Shown here piece after piece: positions 61,173 through 64,000 of a stretch of DNA of 64,000 nucleotides. The position numbers were made by a program, and so were the translations under genes. The notes below the pieces were generated by a model that saw only the letters and a program-made list of their open reading frames with translations, had not been told where the DNA came from and did not search any database. The number at the start of each line of letters is the position of its first letter. Positions within the stretch are counted from its first letter, which is position 1. Origin of the DNA: an uncultured Verrucomicrobiae bacterium (GTDB lineage Bacteria; Verrucomicrobiota; Verrucomicrobiia; Limisphaerales; Palsa-1400); assembly GCA_963764165.1 (NCBI GenBank), contig CAVXRD010000001.1, forward strand, positions 288,001-352,000, in the 5' to 3' direction.

Positions 61173-61271
61173 GGTAGGGACGCCTCGCCGAGGCGGCGGG
61201 GGTGAAGCTTTATATATGCGGCTACTGCGGCATTTATCCCGCGCAACCGGACGCCTCGGCGAGGCGCTACC
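61173..61271. repeat. Degenerate REP doublet, GGTAGGGACGCCTCG family
   Basis: GGTAGGGACGCCTCGCCGAGGCG ... GGACGCCTCGGCGAGGCG-CTACC. Confidence 0.8.
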
Positions 61272-61294
61272 TTCGGGAAGTCGTTTTAACTCCC

Positions 61295-62449
61295 TCAATA
61301 ATATATAATCACCCGTCCGTGTCCTCCGAGGCCACCGGCATCCCCTTCCCCGCCGCCACCCCCTCCGCCGGGCGCCAATCCGTTTCCAGCGCCTGACCCT
61401 GAATCGCCATAACCGCCAGAACCACCGTTGGCGGCGCTTCCGCCATAATTGCCGCCGACCGCGTTACTCCATTGGCCAGTTCCGCCGGTTATGTTAATCG
61501 GCGCAGAACTTGTCCCGCCCGCTCCACCGATTCCGAAACTTAATGAATTGGAGCCGCCCGCCCCGCCTGTCGCACTGATCAAATTTCCGAAGCTCGTCAT
61601 GCCCCCCGCGGTCGCCGCCACACCTCCAGCACCTATAACAACCGTGTATCCCGCTCCCGGCGAGACGCTAAATACGCCCTTCCCATAGCCCCCGGCGCCG
61701 CCGCCAGCGCCATGCGCGCCGCTTCCCGCGCTTCCACCGCCGCCGCCACCACCCCAAACTTCAACCATGATCCGGGATATTCCGGCAGGAATTACAAACT
61801 GATTCGTCCCCGCCGCATCGAAGACGGTGATCGCGGGAATCGCCGAGCCTGCGGCGCTGTTCGAAACCGAATTCGCCAGCGCGTAATTTGTGAGGTCATT
61901 GAGCATCGCGTAATTCGAGCCGGGAATTCCGTTGAGCCATGCGGCATCGACGTTTTCGAGGCTCGTGCCATCGCCGGAGAAGATTCCGGCGAACTGATTC
62001 GTGGCGTTGTCAAAAATGACATTCGCCGGATAAGCGCCGCTGAGTTGGGAGGCTGGCAACGGACCGGCAAGATTGCTGGCAGTGTCAGCCATTAAAGCAT
62101 GCGGCGTCGCAAGAATGGGCTGCATCGGCGCCAGCGTCGTGAAAGCTCCACCGCCGTTCGTCCGCACCGCGATTTCGAGCCAGCCATTCGAGGCACTGTA
62201 AATGGCGGAGCCAAAATCCAAGGAAACGGAAAAAAGCCCGTTGCTGACCGCGACAGCGGAATTCGTCGTTATTCCGCCCGGCGTTCCTGCTGTGTCGCAA
62301 AGGGAGAAAACGAAATCGAAGCTGCCGTTGGCGGAGCGTCCGCCAGCGTTTAATTGGCCTTGATAGAAAAATGCCGTGCCCTGTCCAAACGCAGCCGCGG
62401 CGGCGAACGACAAAGCCCCTGCCCCAACCAAAAGACGCAGCGGGTTCAT
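61295..62449 (-). CDS. Secreted protein with C-terminal glycine-rich domain
   Basis: Signal peptide, AFFYQGQL/VSNGLFSVSLDFG/WLEIAVR N-terminal domain, VEVWGGGGGGG...GRVIIYY. Confidence 0.85.
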   Translation of the reverse strand: MNPLRLLVGAGALSFAAAAAFGQGTAFFYQGQLNAGGRSANGSFDFVFSLCDTAGTPGGITTNSAVAVSNGLFSVSLDFGSAIYSASNGWLEIAVRTNGGGAFTTLAPMQPILATPHALMADTASNLAGPLPASQLSGAYPANVIFDNATNQFAGIFSGDGTSLENVDAAWLNGIPGSNYAMLNDLTNYALANSVSNSAAGSAIPAITVFDAAGTNQFVIPAGISRIMVEVWGGGGGGGSAGSGAHGAGGGAGGYGKGVFSVSPGAGYTVVIGAGGVAATAGGMTSFGNLISATGGAGGSNSLSFGIGGAGGTSSAPINITGGTGQWSNAVGGNYGGSAANGGSGGYGDSGSGAGNGLAPGGGGGGGEGDAGGLGGHGRVIIYY

Positions 62450-62650
62450 GAGTAGACGGCTGCCAATGCCGACGGAGCGGGAAGGTGGCGGAAGGCACCC
62501 ACCTTTGTCAATTGTTTTTCCAGCCTTTTCGGGAAAATCCGACGGCACGCTGCTGTGACACAGACCAGCCGCCGCAAGTCGAAACAAACGGCGCGCCGAT
62601 GCATTACAATGCACGTATGATTAGAGGTGGGTGAGGCCTTCAAGAATATT

Positions 62651-62710
62651 GGGGCGGCGACGCAGCACCGCCCTACCTCAATTTGGTAGGGCGGACCTGC
62701 GTGCCCGCCC
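62651..62710. repeat. Empty (MITE-free) REP doublet
   Basis: GGGCGGCGACGCAGCACCGCCCTACCTCAATTTGGTAGGGCGGACC, matching 26648-26850 minus the MITE and one CGCA. Confidence 0.88.
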
Positions 62711-62795
62711 AAATATTGTCACCCTGTTCCAATCACACCCTAACAACGCGCCGCGGCAGATTCATCGTCGCATCGCTCCTTCTAATCAATACAAT

Positions 62796-62900
62796 ATATA
62801 ATCTCCAAAAATAGGTAACATCGGTTACATTGTTGATTACAAGGCATTTACGACGCTACAATTAGGTAACACTTCCGCTACATTCCGCTACATTTTCGGG
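62796..62900. repeat. Diverged third copy of the six-heptamer module
   Basis: ATATAATCTC, then GGTAACA/GGTTACA, 24-nt spacer with GTTGATTA, then CGCTACA/GGTAACA/CGCTACA/CGCTACA. Confidence 0.78.
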
Positions 62901-63317
62901 CCGGCGTGTCTTCGCGACCTCGTGTCCTTGTTGTTAAAGGTCTTTTTTCAGGTTGCCGAGGGCGTAGCGCGCATGGCATTGCCGGGCCAGCCGGAAACGG
63001 CAAGAGGATTGAACAACAAGCACGCAAAGGCCACGAAGAGACTTCCGTCAACGCGCCCGGCCAGTGGGAAGAGAACTCTCGCGCAGAGAAGATGAGTGCG
63101 CAGAGGAAGACAAAGACAAATCCGCACTCCACTGAAAACGGCGAGGAACTTTTTTTGGTTGCGGCTGGCCGCGCTGCGCCCTCGCACCCTTGCGTTAAAA
63201 ACCCCCTTCCCCGGCTTCAAAGAGGGACATTAGCGCCAGGACGCCAGGGCACAGCGCGGCAAAGCCGCAACCAAAAATAAGAGGAAAGCGCCGTCCGGTC
63301 TGGGTAAGATTGGATGT

Positions 63318-64000
63318 ATGCAAAACAAACCGCTTACCCATGACGGCGCTTCCAACTCTTTTGTACACAAACATGCTTCCTCAATTCTAGGAGTTCTTTC
63401 GGGCTTTGATCGCCTGCGATTGCGCGGGACGCTGCGCCAGTTGTACGGCCCCCAGGTGATGGAGGCCTACTTGAACGCCTGCCACATTCTGATCAAGGAT
63501 TTCAGCCAGTTGGTCGAACGGACCACCAAAGCGGTCAAAGACAAAGCCAGGGCCCTGGCACAAACAGCCGGGCGGCCTTTTCTTTTCGTCCCCTCCAGCC
63601 AAACCAGCAAGGAGGAGGTGGCGCGCAAGATTGCCGCCCGCGATAAAATCACCGAGGGACTGATCGCCATTCTCAATTGCACGGAACCCTGCATGTCCTT
63701 TCAAGTCGTCGGAAACCCCCAAACCAAACACATTGAGGTGAAGGTTCAGCAGCGCAAGTGCAGCCATCTTTATTTCTATTTCGAGCATTCCAAGTTTGGC
63801 TTCATGCACCTGCGCCTGCAAACCTGGTTTCCCTTCCAGATTAATATCTGCCTCAATGGCCGGCATTGGCTGGGAAAGCAGTTGGATCAGGCAGGCATTG
63901 CCTATCAAAAGAAGGAGAACACCTTTTTGCGGGTGGCCGATATGGGGCGCGCTCAAGGCCTGCTGGACCAGCAACTGCAAACTGACTGGCCCAAGGAGCT
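63318..64000 (+). CDS. Uncharacterised protein, probably encoded by a mobile element; runs off the window (not in ORF track)
   Basis: 227 stop-free codons: GVLSGFDRLRLRGTL, EPC, HLYFYF..SKFGFMHLRLQTWFPF...LNGRHWL..QL...GI.Y...NTF; preceded by a hairpin end motif. Confidence 0.8.
   Translation, partial: MQNKPLTHDGASNSFVHKHASSILGVLSGFDRLRLRGTLRQLYGPQVMEAYLNACHILIKDFSQLVERTTKAVKDKARALAQTAGRPFLFVPSSQTSKEEVARKIAARDKITEGLIAILNCTEPCMSFQVVGNPQTKHIEVKVQQRKCSHLYFYFEHSKFGFMHLRLQTWFPFQINICLNGRHWLGKQLDQAGIAYQKKENTFLRVADMGRAQGLLDQQLQTDWPKE

Noticed and set aside
61016..61294. oriC upstream of rpmH
   Set aside because: No DnaA-box cluster or AT-rich unwinding element; the region is occupied by a REP doublet
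63387..63980. 197-aa minus-strand ORF
   Set aside because: Shadow of the plus-strand ORF starting at 63318

Overview
GC-rich bacterial chromosome segment. Gene content (PSCyt/PSD1 + DUF1501 pair, ECF sigma with long C-terminal extension, squalene-hopene cyclase) suggests the PVC superphylum, most likely Verrucomicrobiota (inference). Core content: two RND efflux operons (one with an RND permease-outer membrane factor fusion), a receiver-TrxB-like/cNMP-kinase pair, frameshifted mgtA, pyrD, shc, a C-terminal-only carB, parB, def, nagB, the jag-yidC-yidD-rnpA-rpmH cluster and tRNA-Leu(GAG). The intergenic DNA is dense with mobile and repeat elements. These are a RAYT flanked by REP doublets, several REP families, two copies of a 140-bp MITE inserted in REP hairpins with 4-bp duplications, a likely group II intron 5' fragment in a REP foot, an uncharacterised transposase-like gene at the right edge, and seven TA loci in which most toxins are decayed. 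The clearest signal is an IS110 element inserted at a CT core inside a REP. Its non-coding left end contains a readable bridge RNA, with all four guide segments matching the actual target and donor junction, and a promoter would form only on circularisation.
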